Below, one piece after another: positions 18,295 through 27,433 of a stretch of DNA of 64,000 bases. The notes under the pieces were generated by a model. That model ran no database searches. It was not told where the DNA came from and saw nothing but the letters and a program-made list of their open reading frames with translations. This DNA comes from an uncultured Anaerolineales bacterium. Lineage in GTDB: Bacteria; Chloroflexota; Anaerolineae; B4-G1; SLSP01. The number at the start of each line of letters is the position of its first letter. The stretch's first letter is position 1. Location of the stretch: positions 64,001 through 128,000 of the forward strand of contig CAZCTC010000010.1 in the NCBI GenBank assembly GCA_964501335.1, in the 5' to 3' direction. The translations under genes and the position numbers were made by a program.

Positions 18295-20967
18295 ATGGAT
18301 AAAGAGTGGATTTTGCCTTTGGATGCCGGGGGGGCTCAATTAGAGGCTGTGGGAGGTAAAGGGGCCAATCTGGCCCGGCTGATGGCGGCCGGTTTTTCGG
18401 TTCCAGGTGGTTTTTTGGTTACCACGTCGGCCTATGAAGCCTTTGTTGCGGCCAATGATTTGCGTCGGCGAGTCTCTGTCCTGGCTGAGACAGTTGCCGT
18501 AGACGATCTGGCAGCTCTGGAGGCTGTGTCGGCGGAGATTCGCGCCGGTTTTGCCCGGGGGACGATGCCGCCGGCGTTGGCAGAAAGTTTACAGGATGCT
18601 TATCGTCAGTTGGGCCAGCCGCCTGTAGCCGTGCGTTCTTCGGCGACGGCGGAAGATCTGCCGGATTTTTCTTTTGCCGGACAACAGGATACGTTTCTTA
18701 ATGTGATCGGTGAGGATGCTCTGTTGCGGGCCGTGGTGGATTGTTGGAGCAGTTTGTGGACGGCCCGGGCTATCGGTTATCGCAAACGTAATGCAGTCAG
18801 CACGGGCGGGTTGGCGTTGGGTGTAGTGGTTCAACAGATGGTGAACAGCGAGGTTTCGGGGGTGCTCTTTACGGCCAATCCCCTCACCGGGGATCGGACT
18901 GAAGTGGTGATCGATGCGACCTGGGGATTGGGGGAGGCTTTGGTTTCCGGGCAGGTGGAGCCGGATCATTATGTAGTAGCGGCAGGGACGTTGATTTTGC
19001 AGAAGGCTGTGGGGGCCAAAGCGGTGATGATCCGGCCGGCAGACACCGGGGGCGTGGTTTCATTGGAGGCCGGTCTCTCGCATCAACAGGCGCTGCCCGA
19101 TCCGGTGATTTTGGAACTGGCGCAGTTGGGGCGGAAGATCGCGGTGCTTTACGGCGTGCCGCAGGATGTGGAATGGGCCTGGGCGGAAGGGAAGCTTTTT
19201 GTGCTTCAGGCGCGGCCGATCACTTCTCTTTACCCGCTGCCGGACGGGCTGCCGGAGAATCCGCTGGCTGTGTTGATTTCCTTTGGGGCGGTACAGGGGA
19301 TGTTGGATCCGATGACGCCGTTGGGGCGCCAGTGGATTCAGAGTTGTATTCCAGTCATTGCCCGGCGTTTTGGGATGAAGAAGGATTTGAAGACGCAGAC
19401 CGTATTGGTGGAATCGGCAGAACGGATGTTTATGAATCTCACACCCGTCGCTCATAATAAAGTGGGGCGAAAGCTTATGCGGGCGGCCATGGGGGCGGTC
19501 GAACCGGCGGCGCGGGCCGGATTGGAGTTGTTGTGGGACGATCCTCGATTGGCCCATCCCGGGCCGTTGCGGTTTCGTTCGGTTGGGGCTCTGGTGCGAG
19601 GGATGGGACCGGTATTTGTGCGGGTCATCGGCAATCTGTTACGGCCCGAATCGATGCGGCCGCGGGTAGATAAACGGGTGGAAGCGATGCTCGCTGATTT
19701 TGCCCAACGCAGCGCGGCGGCAGCCTCTCTGGCGGATCGTTTAACTCTTTTTCAGGTGATTTGGGAAAGTATCCCCGGGATTATTTTGGGGGAACTTTTG
19801 CCGGGGATGGTCGCCGGGATGGCGATGTTTGTTGCTTTGATGAAGCTGGCCGAAGCGGTGCCCGGGGGGGATCTGGAGGTCCTGGCGGTGACGCGAGGGA
19901 TGCCGGGAAACGTCACGACGGAGATGGATCTGGCTTTGTGGGTAACCGCGCGACAAATTCAATCTGATCCGGCGGTGAAGGCCTTCTTTTTGCAGACGCC
20001 GGCGGAGCAACTGGCGGCGGATTGGATGGCCGGAACTCTGCCTTCGATGGCTCATTCGGCGATTCAGGCTTTTATGGATCGTTATGGGATGCGCGGGTTG
20101 GCGGAGATCGATCTGGGGCGGCCCCGTTGGCGAGAAGAGCCGGTTCCGGTTTTTCAGTCCTTGCAGAGCTATTTACAGATCACCGATCCGGAGCTGGCGC
20201 CGGATGCCGTTTTCAGCCGGGGAGCCGTGGCCGCGGAAGCGGCTTTGACGTATCTGGTAACCGCATTACGGTCCCGGCCGGGCGGCTGGTTGAAGGCGCG
20301 GCTGGCGCGAGCTGCAGGGCGACGGGTGCGGTTGTTGCTGGGGATTCGTGAAAGTCCCAAGTTTTTTGTCATTCGGCTGATGGGAATGTTGCGGATGGCT
20401 TTGTTGGAAAGCGGTCGCGATCTGGTTTCCCGCGGGATCTTGCAGGCGCCGGACGATCTTTTTTTTCTGGGGTTTGCCGAGTTGCAATCTCTGGCCGACC
20501 ATGAACCAGGAGAATGGAGGGCGCTGGTCGATCAACGGCGCGCGGTTTATCAACGTGAACTGCGGCGGCGGCAGATTCCCCGGGTGTTATTGGGCGATGG
20601 GCGGGCTATCTTTGAAGGGTTGAGTGCGGATGCCGAAGCCGCCGGAGTGGGCGAGCTGGTCGGCAGTCCTGTTTCGCCGGGGGTGGTTGAAGGTGGGGTG
20701 CATGTGGTGTTAGATCCCCGGGGAGTTCAGTTGATCCCCGGTGAAATCCTGGTTTGTCCGGGAACCGATCCTTCCTGGACCCCCCTGTTCCTTTCGGCGG
20801 GAGGACTGGTGATGGAGGTCGGTGGGCTGATGACCCATGGAGCCGTCGTGGCGCGAGAGTACGGCATTCCGGCGGTTGTGGGCGTCCATGATGCGACGAC
20901 GCGGTTGCAAACCGGACAACGGATTCGAGTTGACGGAGCAACCGGGAAAATTGTGATTTTGGCGTGA
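18295..20967 (+). CDS. PEP-utilising phosphotransferase with PpsA / rifampicin-phosphotransferase-like architecture
   Basis: N-terminal PPDK_N ATP-grasp segment (GGKGANLARL...GFSVPGGFLVTT). C-terminal swivel phosphohistidine domain (GGLMTHGAVVAREYGIPAVVGV). The start is placed at the ATG with RBS gaaagg (MDKEW); the ORF could extend to 18250. Confidence 0.8.
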   Translation: MDKEWILPLDAGGAQLEAVGGKGANLARLMAAGFSVPGGFLVTTSAYEAFVAANDLRRRVSVLAETVAVDDLAALEAVSAEIRAGFARGTMPPALAESLQDAYRQLGQPPVAVRSSATAEDLPDFSFAGQQDTFLNVIGEDALLRAVVDCWSSLWTARAIGYRKRNAVSTGGLALGVVVQQMVNSEVSGVLFTANPLTGDRTEVVIDATWGLGEALVSGQVEPDHYVVAAGTLILQKAVGAKAVMIRPADTGGVVSLEAGLSHQQALPDPVILELAQLGRKIAVLYGVPQDVEWAWAEGKLFVLQARPITSLYPLPDGLPENPLAVLISFGAVQGMLDPMTPLGRQWIQSCIPVIARRFGMKKDLKTQTVLVESAERMFMNLTPVAHNKVGRKLMRAAMGAVEPAARAGLELLWDDPRLAHPGPLRFRSVGALVRGMGPVFVRVIGNLLRPESMRPRVDKRVEAMLADFAQRSAAAASLADRLTLFQVIWESIPGIILGELLPGMVAGMAMFVALMKLAEAVPGGDLEVLAVTRGMPGNVTTEMDLALWVTARQIQSDPAVKAFFLQTPAEQLAADWMAGTLPSMAHSAIQAFMDRYGMRGLAEIDLGRPRWREEPVPVFQSLQSYLQITDPELAPDAVFSRGAVAAEAALTYLVTALRSRPGGWLKARLARAAGRRVRLLLGIRESPKFFVIRLMGMLRMALLESGRDLVSRGILQAPDDLFFLGFAELQSLADHEPGEWRALVDQRRAVYQRELRRRQIPRVLLGDGRAIFEGLSADAEAAGVGELVGSPVSPGVVEGGVHVVLDPRGVQLIPGEILVCPGTDPSWTPLFLSAGGLVMEVGGLMTHGAVVAREYGIPAVVGVHDATTRLQTGQRIRVDGATGKIVILA

Positions 20968-21176
20968 ACATTTTGCTGAGTGCTCTCGTTTAACGAATAA
21001 GCCGGACAAAAGGGACCGGAATGGAATTGCTTTTATTGATTAAAACATGGATCACAGCCATCCGGGCGCTCCAGAATCAGATCTCTGTCTGGTTTTTGGA
21101 GCAAATTGCGGTTGGACGGCGATTTTTCTTCAGATATGAAGGCTCAGAGGCCGAACCGGCCACGCCTGATTTGATT

Positions 21177-21716
21177 ATGAGCTTTCAGCAAGGGCATCCC
21201 GAAGCATTTGAGCTGATCTATCAACGATTTAAGAACTATGTCTATCGGGTGGCCTGTTTTTTGGTGCGGGACGATGTGGAAGCTGAGGATGCAGTTCAGG
21301 AGACTTTTCTGGATGTGTTGCATGGATTGCCGCATTATGTACCCAGTGAGAAGGCCGCCTTTGAGACCTGGCTTTATCGGGTTACCATCAATCGTTGTAC
21401 TACCCGATTGCGGCGTAAGGTTTTGCCGTCGACCGATTGGGATGAGATGACGGAACAGATGGAGAATTTACCGACTCCTGATCTGGAAGGCGATCCGGAA
21501 GCGGTTTGTCTGGGCCATGAGGAGACCCTGACGTTGTGGCGGGCCGTCGATACATTGTCGGAGGAGCATCGCGCGGTATTGGTGTTGCGTTATGGACAGG
21601 ATTTGGGGTATGAAGAGATTGCTCAGGTTTTAAATATCAATTCAGGGACGGTGAAATCACGCCTGTTCAATGCTCATCGCAAGTTGCGGTCGGTTTTAGA
21701 GGCCATGAGTGGATAA
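21177..21716 (+). CDS. ECF-family RNA polymerase sigma factor (sigma-70 regions 2 and 4)
   Basis: Region 2 FELIYQRFKNYVYRVACFLVRDDVEAEDAVQETFLDV. Region 4 HTH LSEEHRAVLVLRYGQDLGYEEIAQVLNINSGTVKSRL. The start is placed at internal Met 21177 for a 179-aa product; the ORF is open from 21021. Confidence 0.8.
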   Translation: MSFQQGHPEAFELIYQRFKNYVYRVACFLVRDDVEAEDAVQETFLDVLHGLPHYVPSEKAAFETWLYRVTINRCTTRLRRKVLPSTDWDEMTEQMENLPTPDLEGDPEAVCLGHEETLTLWRAVDTLSEEHRAVLVLRYGQDLGYEEIAQVLNINSGTVKSRLFNAHRKLRSVLEAMSG

Positions 21717-21732
21717 TGGCAGGGGGTGGTGA

Positions 21733-24700
21733 GTGAGTAGAAACCATGTGGAGCAGGAATTGCTGGCCTATCTGGACGGAGCATTGGATGCACGGACCCG
21801 AAGCCGGGTCGAAGCGCATCTGAAGGAATGCCCGACCTGTACGGCTGAGCTGGCGCGGTTGAAGCGGCAACGCCTGATATTGGGGCAGGTTTTCAAGATC
21901 AAATTGGGGGAGAAGCAGTTGCCGGCGGCGGCCGATCGCCGGATTCGGACCCGGCTGCGTCAGGAAGCGGAGCCACGCCGGGAATGGTGGTGGGCCTGGC
22001 GCGGTGGGTTGACGCAGGTGGCCCTGGCTTTTATGGCAGTGGCGATGGTGATCACGGCCTGGCCGTTTCTGTCACCTTCGACCTCTCCTGCCGTTCTTCC
22101 GACTGTTCCGCCGCGGACCGAGGTGATGGGACAGAGCCGGCTGGCGCCGGGAAGCCGGGCGGCGATGCGGATCGTGGTGAGAGAACAATTATCTCCGCAG
22201 CCGGTTTCGGGGGCCGAAATTGAAGTGCGGTTGGGCAAGGTGCCCGGACTGGCGGCGTTGGTCTATCGGGGCCGGACGGATGCGGAAGGCATGGTCCAGG
22301 CGGCCTTTACGGTGCCGGAAGAGCTGGAAGGGGCGGTCAATCTGGTGGTGAAGACCGTGGTGGCCGGGCAAAGTGGAGAGATCGTGCGGCCGATTGTGGT
22401 GGTGCGCAGCGCCCGTCTTTTTTTGAATTCCGACAAACCGGTTTATCGGCCCGGGCAGGAGCTGTTTGTGCGGGCGCTGGCATTGGATGCGATGAACCTT
22501 CGCCCGGTGGTTGGGGGGCAGGTGGCTTTTGATATTTTGGACAGCAAGGGGCGTTCCTTAAATCATCAGGTATTGAGGGCTTCGGATTATGGGGTGGCTG
22601 CCTTTACCTGGAAAGTAGCCGATGATTATGCCGACAAGTCGTTGACTTTAAGAGCGACCATCAGTGATACCGTGTCGGAACGTCAGGTAATGGTAGGGGC
22701 TTATCCGCGGGCAGCTTTTCGGCTGAATGTTGAACCGGGACGGACCTTTTATGCCCCCGGGAATCGGGTGACCGGTACCGTTCAGGCTGATTATTTTTTT
22801 GGAAAGGCAGTGGCGGACGCCATGGTGCGGATTGTCGGGCGGCAGGGGGGGGCGGCTGGCGTCATCATAGCCGATGTCAGCGGGCGTACGGATGCCCTGG
22901 GACGGTTCGATTTTACTTTCAATTTGCCACTGGAAGATAGCTGGCGTGAGTTGGGTGGGCAGCCGGACATTCTCTATCTGACTGTGTCGGCGACCGACAG
23001 CGCCGGTCGGACCGAAGGAGTACGTCGGGAGATGCCGGTTTCCCGGGCGGGTCTTCTGATCCAGGCGGTTCCGGAGCGGGGCAGTTTGAAGCCGGGGGTT
23101 GAGAATATCATCTACATTTCGACGGCTTATCCAGATGGACAACCGGCTGCGACGGAGATGGAAATTATGGTTGGAGATGTGTCTTATCAGGTAGCGACCG
23201 ATTCTTACGGCATGGGGGAATTTCGGCTGAAGCCTTTGACTGAGACGGTGATGCTGGAGATTGTCGCTCATGATGAGCAGGGGCAGACGGGCGCCCGGGT
23301 TTTCAATCTGGCAAGCTTTTATGGATCGAAGAGTGTGTTAGTGCGAACCGATGGAGCGATCTATCGAGTAGGGGATACCCTGCATGTGGAAGCTTTGACG
23401 GCGGGGGAAATTCGTCAACTCTATCTGGATGTGTTGCAGGCCGGGCAGTCGGTGGCTATGCTTTCGGGGTTTGTGGAAGAGGGGCGGGCGGCCTGGGCGA
23501 TCGATTTGGACAGCTCGCTGGCAGGGACTCTGGAACTGCATGTGTATGCGGCGGACGATGAGACCCTGGAGGATAGCCGTTCTGTGGTGGTCGATCCGGC
23601 GAATGAGGTTGCCGTGCAGGTGACGGCGGATCGGGCGGTCTATCGGCCTGGAGAGCAGGCCCATTTACAGTTTCAGACAACTTTGACGGAGTCCGGGAAG
23701 TCCCTGCCGGCGCAGGCTTTGCTGGGAGTGGGTGTTGTTGATGCGTCGGTTTATGCGTTGGAACAGTTGCCGGTGGGCTTTGCCCGCACCTATTTTCTGT
23801 TGGATAAAAAATTATCCAGTGTGCCTCAATTGGGTTTTGCCGTGGATCAGGGTTTGGCGGCCGGGTCGGAAAATAGAGCGGTTCGTCTGGCGCAGAGTCG
23901 CGCTGCTGAGGCGGCCTGGGCCTTGGCCGGCGATTCTCCGATCGGAGAAAGGAGGCTTTATGCATTGTCCGTTTCTTATGACGTGCGTTCATCGGCGCAA
24001 AATCAGAAGTCGCCTTCCGATGGGGTGCGGAGACTGTTGGCAGGAATCCTTCTGATATTGGCGATTTTTCTGTGGGTTGTTGTAATTCAGACCCTGTTCC
24101 GGTTGGAGTTAGTGAGAGCGGCTTTGCCCTGGATGGGGGGGGGGATGGTATTTGCTTTTCTGGTCTCACCGCTGCTCTTCTCGCTTACTTCATGGTTGGT
24201 TAATGGCTTGGTTTCGGTGTTGGGGAACTGGATGTTGTTGGTTTTCCTGATTCCGATGGTGGGCCTGTGGGGATTTTTGTGGCGGCAGGGGTGGCGCCGG
24301 CAGGATGTCAGGTTACAGGAAGCGATGGCCATCGTGGGCGCCTATGGGATTTGTGAGAGTTTGCTGATCGTATTGACCCGTGAAAGCCAGAATTTGGCGG
24401 AATTCGAGACGGTGGTGGCGGTCTTTTCTTTTCTGGTATTGCTGGGAGGCATGCTCTTGCTGGGGGCCAGTTTGTGGTTCGAGGGGCATCGTAAGCCGGC
24501 CGGATGGAGCCTGGCTCTGGTGATCGTGTGGGTGATGCTTTCTTTGGCCTTGCCGTCGATCCCGGCCATTTCTTCCCGATTGACTCAGACATTGGGCGAG
24601 CCGGTGCTTTATGCCGGGCCGTTGGGCTGGTTGAGCGGGTGCGCGGCTCCGATGAGTCCTACTGCGGCTCCGACTACAGAGGCTCCGGCTGTTGAGGAGC

Positions 24701-25323
24701 CGACCGAAGCGGCTACAGAAGAAGCAACGGAAGCGCCGACCGAAGAGGCAACTCAGGAAATTCCTACTGCGGCTCCGACTGCTGCGCCGCCGACTGCTAC
24801 GCCCGTTCCAACGCCGGGAATTGAAGTGCCGATGGAACCTTTCCCGTTGCGGCAGTTTTTCCCGGAGACCCTTTACTGGAATGCAGCAGCTGAGACCGAT
24901 GCTGAAGGGCGATGGGATCTGGATTTGCCGTTGGGGGACAATGTGACGACCTGGCGGGTGACGGCGCTGGCTTCAACTCAAGATGGTGCTTTGGGGGCCG
25001 TAGTTTACGATCTGCCGGTCTCTCAGGATTTCTTTATGGAGCTGAATTTACCTGAAACGGTGCGTAGCGGGGCCGAGGTGACCGGTACAGCTACGTTGCA
25101 CAACTATTCACAGGTCAGTCAGACCGTGCAGGTGCAGTTCGCGCCGGCGGACTGGTATGAGGTGCAGGTTTCTTCCGGGACGGTAACGTTAGGACCGGGG
25201 CAGGTAGTTGCCGTGGACTTTGTGTTGAAAGCCGGGCAGGTTGGGAAGTTCACTCTGTTGGTTAAGGCAAACGGGGAGGGAGTCCAGGATGCTCTGGCCC
25301 GGGAAGTCGTGGTCCATGAGTGA
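21733..25323 (+). CDS. anti-sigma factor (zf-HC2 N-terminus) fused to a very large extracytoplasmic domain, an internal multi-TM block, a Pro/Thr/Glu/Ala-rich linker and a C-terminal beta-rich domain
   Basis: GTG start 17 nt after the sigma gene. N-terminus ELLAYLDGALD...HLKECPTCTAEL is the anti-sigma zinc-finger signature. TM helix at about aa 95. About 8 predicted TM helices at aa 760-950. Linker APTTEAPAVEEPTEAATEEATEAPTEEAT. Confidence 0.75.
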   Translation: MSRNHVEQELLAYLDGALDARTRSRVEAHLKECPTCTAELARLKRQRLILGQVFKIKLGEKQLPAAADRRIRTRLRQEAEPRREWWWAWRGGLTQVALAFMAVAMVITAWPFLSPSTSPAVLPTVPPRTEVMGQSRLAPGSRAAMRIVVREQLSPQPVSGAEIEVRLGKVPGLAALVYRGRTDAEGMVQAAFTVPEELEGAVNLVVKTVVAGQSGEIVRPIVVVRSARLFLNSDKPVYRPGQELFVRALALDAMNLRPVVGGQVAFDILDSKGRSLNHQVLRASDYGVAAFTWKVADDYADKSLTLRATISDTVSERQVMVGAYPRAAFRLNVEPGRTFYAPGNRVTGTVQADYFFGKAVADAMVRIVGRQGGAAGVIIADVSGRTDALGRFDFTFNLPLEDSWRELGGQPDILYLTVSATDSAGRTEGVRREMPVSRAGLLIQAVPERGSLKPGVENIIYISTAYPDGQPAATEMEIMVGDVSYQVATDSYGMGEFRLKPLTETVMLEIVAHDEQGQTGARVFNLASFYGSKSVLVRTDGAIYRVGDTLHVEALTAGEIRQLYLDVLQAGQSVAMLSGFVEEGRAAWAIDLDSSLAGTLELHVYAADDETLEDSRSVVVDPANEVAVQVTADRAVYRPGEQAHLQFQTTLTESGKSLPAQALLGVGVVDASVYALEQLPVGFARTYFLLDKKLSSVPQLGFAVDQGLAAGSENRAVRLAQSRAAEAAWALAGDSPIGERRLYALSVSYDVRSSAQNQKSPSDGVRRLLAGILLILAIFLWVVVIQTLFRLELVRAALPWMGGGMVFAFLVSPLLFSLTSWLVNGLVSVLGNWMLLVFLIPMVGLWGFLWRQGWRRQDVRLQEAMAIVGAYGICESLLIVLTRESQNLAEFETVVAVFSFLVLLGGMLLLGASLWFEGHRKPAGWSLALVIVWVMLSLALPSIPAISSRLTQTLGEPVLYAGPLGWLSGCAAPMSPTAAPTTEAPAVEEPTEAATEEATEAPTEEATQEIPTAAPTAAPPTATPVPTPGIEVPMEPFPLRQFFPETLYWNAAAETDAEGRWDLDLPLGDNVTTWRVTALASTQDGALGAVVYDLPVSQDFFMELNLPETVRSGAEVTGTATLHNYSQVSQTVQVQFAPADWYEVQVSSGTVTLGPGQVVAVDFVLKAGQVGKFTLLVKANGEGVQDALAREVVVHE

Positions 25324-25350
25324 GTGGGGGTATTAAAAAAGGAGATAGGG

Positions 25351-25770
25351 ATGGAACGGAATGAGAAAAAGATTAAACGTCCTTTTTTGCGGAAACGCTG
25401 GGCTTTGATTTCCGGTCTGGCGCTGGCTTTTTCGGCAGCCTGTGCCGTGCCGGTAACCTGTTATACTCCTATGCCGTCAACGATTGAGCCGTCAGCGACG
25501 CCGACCCAAACGCCGACTCCCACGCCTACGCTTTTTTTCGTCTGTTATACGCCGACGCCTTCGCTGCAACCGATTGATACGTTGACGCCAACCTGTTATA
25601 CGGCTACTCCGATAGCGACTCCCACGCCAGTTTTGATTCCGCCGCCCGAGGCGACCTTCACGCCGATTCCGGCCACGCCTACGCCGATGCCGCAGACATT
25701 GGATGAATTGCGGGAGAAGTTGCTGGTCGAGGGGCGGTTTCCGGAGGGTGTGGTTAAGGAATTGAAGTAG
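25351..25770 (+). CDS. secreted Pro/Thr-rich Cys-Tyr-motif peptide with the conserved C-terminal EGRFP motif (precursor-like, type C)
   Basis: RBS ggag 7 nt upstream. Signal-peptide-like N-terminus. Three CYT(P/A) motifs. C-terminus LDELREKLLVEGRFPEGVVKELK. Confidence 0.6.
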   Translation: MERNEKKIKRPFLRKRWALISGLALAFSAACAVPVTCYTPMPSTIEPSATPTQTPTPTPTLFFVCYTPTPSLQPIDTLTPTCYTATPIATPTPVLIPPPEATFTPIPATPTPMPQTLDELREKLLVEGRFPEGVVKELK

Positions 25771-25783
25771 TTGTGGAGGTTAT

Positions 25784-26128
25784 ATGGAACTCGGAAACAG
25801 AAATCGAGGACGGTTGTCGCGCAAGTTGAAATTGTTGGCGGCTTCCGGGATTGCGTTGGGCCTGGCGGCCCGTTGTGCGGCCGAGCCTACTCCTGAAGTG
25901 CTCTGTTATGCTCCGGTTGCGCCGACTCCGACTGAAACGCCCATGGTGATGTGTTATGAACCCACCATGTCGCCCATTGAGGAGACGCCCACGATCACGC
26001 CAACGGCAACGCTTACCGGTTCTCCGGAAATCACCATTACACCAACTTTGGAATCCCGGAGCACTTTAATGGAACAATTATTGACTGAAGGACGTTTTCC
26101 AAAATGTGTGGCGGAGGAATTGAAATAA
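25784..26128 (+). CDS. secreted Cys-Tyr-motif peptide, type A (copy 1)
   Basis: RBS ggagg. N-terminus MELGNRNRGRLSRKLKLLAASGIALGLAA. Motifs LCYAP and MCYEP. C-terminus RSTLMEQLLTEGRFPKCVAEELK. Confidence 0.6.
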   Translation: MELGNRNRGRLSRKLKLLAASGIALGLAARCAAEPTPEVLCYAPVAPTPTETPMVMCYEPTMSPIEETPTITPTATLTGSPEITITPTLESRSTLMEQLLTEGRFPKCVAEELK

Positions 26129-26154
26129 TTAAATTAATCTAAAGGGATTGATGT

Positions 26155-26547
26155 ATGGGCCAGAAAAAGAGAAGGTTATCGCGTAAGGCGATGTTGGTGG
26201 TGGTTTCTGGAATGGCCGTGGGAATGGCGGCAAGTTATAATGCGGGAGTTGCCATGCCGCCGCCCACGCCTACGCCCACTGCCATTTATTTGACCCCGGC
26301 GGCACTTCCGAACGAAAGCACTGTTTTGCCGCGTTTTCATCCACGCGACATAAGCTGTTATATAGTAATTGATGTAACCCCAGAAGAGAGCTGGATCTCG
26401 TCTCCGGATGGAGCTACCGCGACGCCGACTCCCACACCTACTCCGACTTTGATAGGGAGTTCGGGACCGACCTCTCTGGATCTTTTACGGGAGCAGTTGC
26501 TGGCAGAAGGGCGATTTCCGGATGAGGTGGCGAAGGAATTGAAATAG
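26155..26547 (+). CDS. secreted Cys-Tyr-motif peptide, type B (copy 1)
   Basis: N-terminus MGQKKRRLSRKAMLVVVSGMAVGMAAS. Motif SCYIVIDV. C-terminus LDLLREQLLAEGRFPDEVAKELK. Confidence 0.6.
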   Translation: MGQKKRRLSRKAMLVVVSGMAVGMAASYNAGVAMPPPTPTPTAIYLTPAALPNESTVLPRFHPRDISCYIVIDVTPEESWISSPDGATATPTPTPTPTLIGSSGPTSLDLLREQLLAEGRFPDEVAKELK

Positions 26548-26637
26548 CGAAAATCCTTTTCGGGTGATTTGTTTTTAGTGTCCCACAAAGGGATTTTGCC
26601 CGGTAAGAAGCGACGCGCTGGAGGGAGGAAGGGGCAT

Positions 26638-26982
26638 ATGGAAAGCAAAAACAGAAATCGAGGCCGGTTGTCGCGTAAGTTGAAATTGTTGGTGGCTTCC
26701 GGGATTGCGTTAGGGTTGGCGGCGCGCTGTGTGGCTGAGCCTACGCCGGAAGTGACCTGTTATGCAGTGGCGGCGCCGACGCCGACTGAAACGCCGATGG
26801 TGATGTGTTATGAACCCACCATGCCGCCCATGGAGGAGACGCCCACGATCACGCCGACGGCAACGCTTACCGGTTCTCCGGAGATCACCATAACACCAAA
26901 TGTGGAATCCCGGAGCACTTTAATGGAACAATTATTGACTGAAGGACGTTTTCCAGAATGTGTGGCGGAGGAATTGAAGTAA
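26638..26982 (+). CDS. secreted Cys-Tyr-motif peptide, type A (copy 2)
   Basis: Around 90% nucleotide identity to 25784-26128. RBS ggaggaagg. Motifs TCYAV and MCYEP. C-terminus ...EGRFPECVAEELK. Confidence 0.6.
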   Translation: MESKNRNRGRLSRKLKLLVASGIALGLAARCVAEPTPEVTCYAVAAPTPTETPMVMCYEPTMPPMEETPTITPTATLTGSPEITITPNVESRSTLMEQLLTEGRFPECVAEELK

Positions 26983-27008
26983 TTAAATTAATCGAAAAGG
27001 ATTGATGT

Positions 27009-27428
27009 ATGGGCCAGAAAAAGATAAAGTTATCGCGTAAGGCGATGTTGGTGGTGGTTTCCGGAATAGCCGTGGGAATGGCGGCAAGTTATAATGCGGG
27101 AGTTGCTATGCCGTCGCCCGCGTCCATATTCACGCCCACGTCCACGCCAACTCCCTCTTTCGTTCATTTGCTTTCGAACGGAATTGCCGTTTCGTCGCCC
27201 CATCGTCCAATCGGCGTGAGGTGTTATCTTGTAATTGATGTAACTGAGGTAACTCCAGAAGAAAGTGGGATCTGGTATCCTGATGGAGTTTTCGCGACGC
27301 CGACTCCAACGCCGACTCCCACTCCGACTTTGATAGGGAGTTCGGGGCCGACCTCACTGGATCTTCTACGGGAACAGTTGCTGGCGGAAGGGCGTTTCCC
27401 GGATGCGGTGGCGAAGGAGTTGAAGTAA
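27009..27428 (+). CDS. secreted Cys-Tyr-motif peptide, type B (copy 2)
   Basis: Paralogue of 26155-26547. Motif RCYLVIDV. C-terminus LDLLREQLLAEGRFPDAVAKELK. Confidence 0.6.
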   Translation: MGQKKIKLSRKAMLVVVSGIAVGMAASYNAGVAMPSPASIFTPTSTPTPSFVHLLSNGIAVSSPHRPIGVRCYLVIDVTEVTPEESGIWYPDGVFATPTPTPTPTPTLIGSSGPTSLDLLREQLLAEGRFPDAVAKELK

Positions 27429-27433
27429 GAAGC

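Noticed and set aside
24640-24840. Apparent short-period DNA repeat (gcgccgac / gaagc...)
   Set aside because: It is the Pro/Thr/Glu/Ala-rich protein linker of the anti-sigma factor (coding low complexity), not a non-coding microsatellite. The same applies to the PTPTP codon runs in the small peptide genes.
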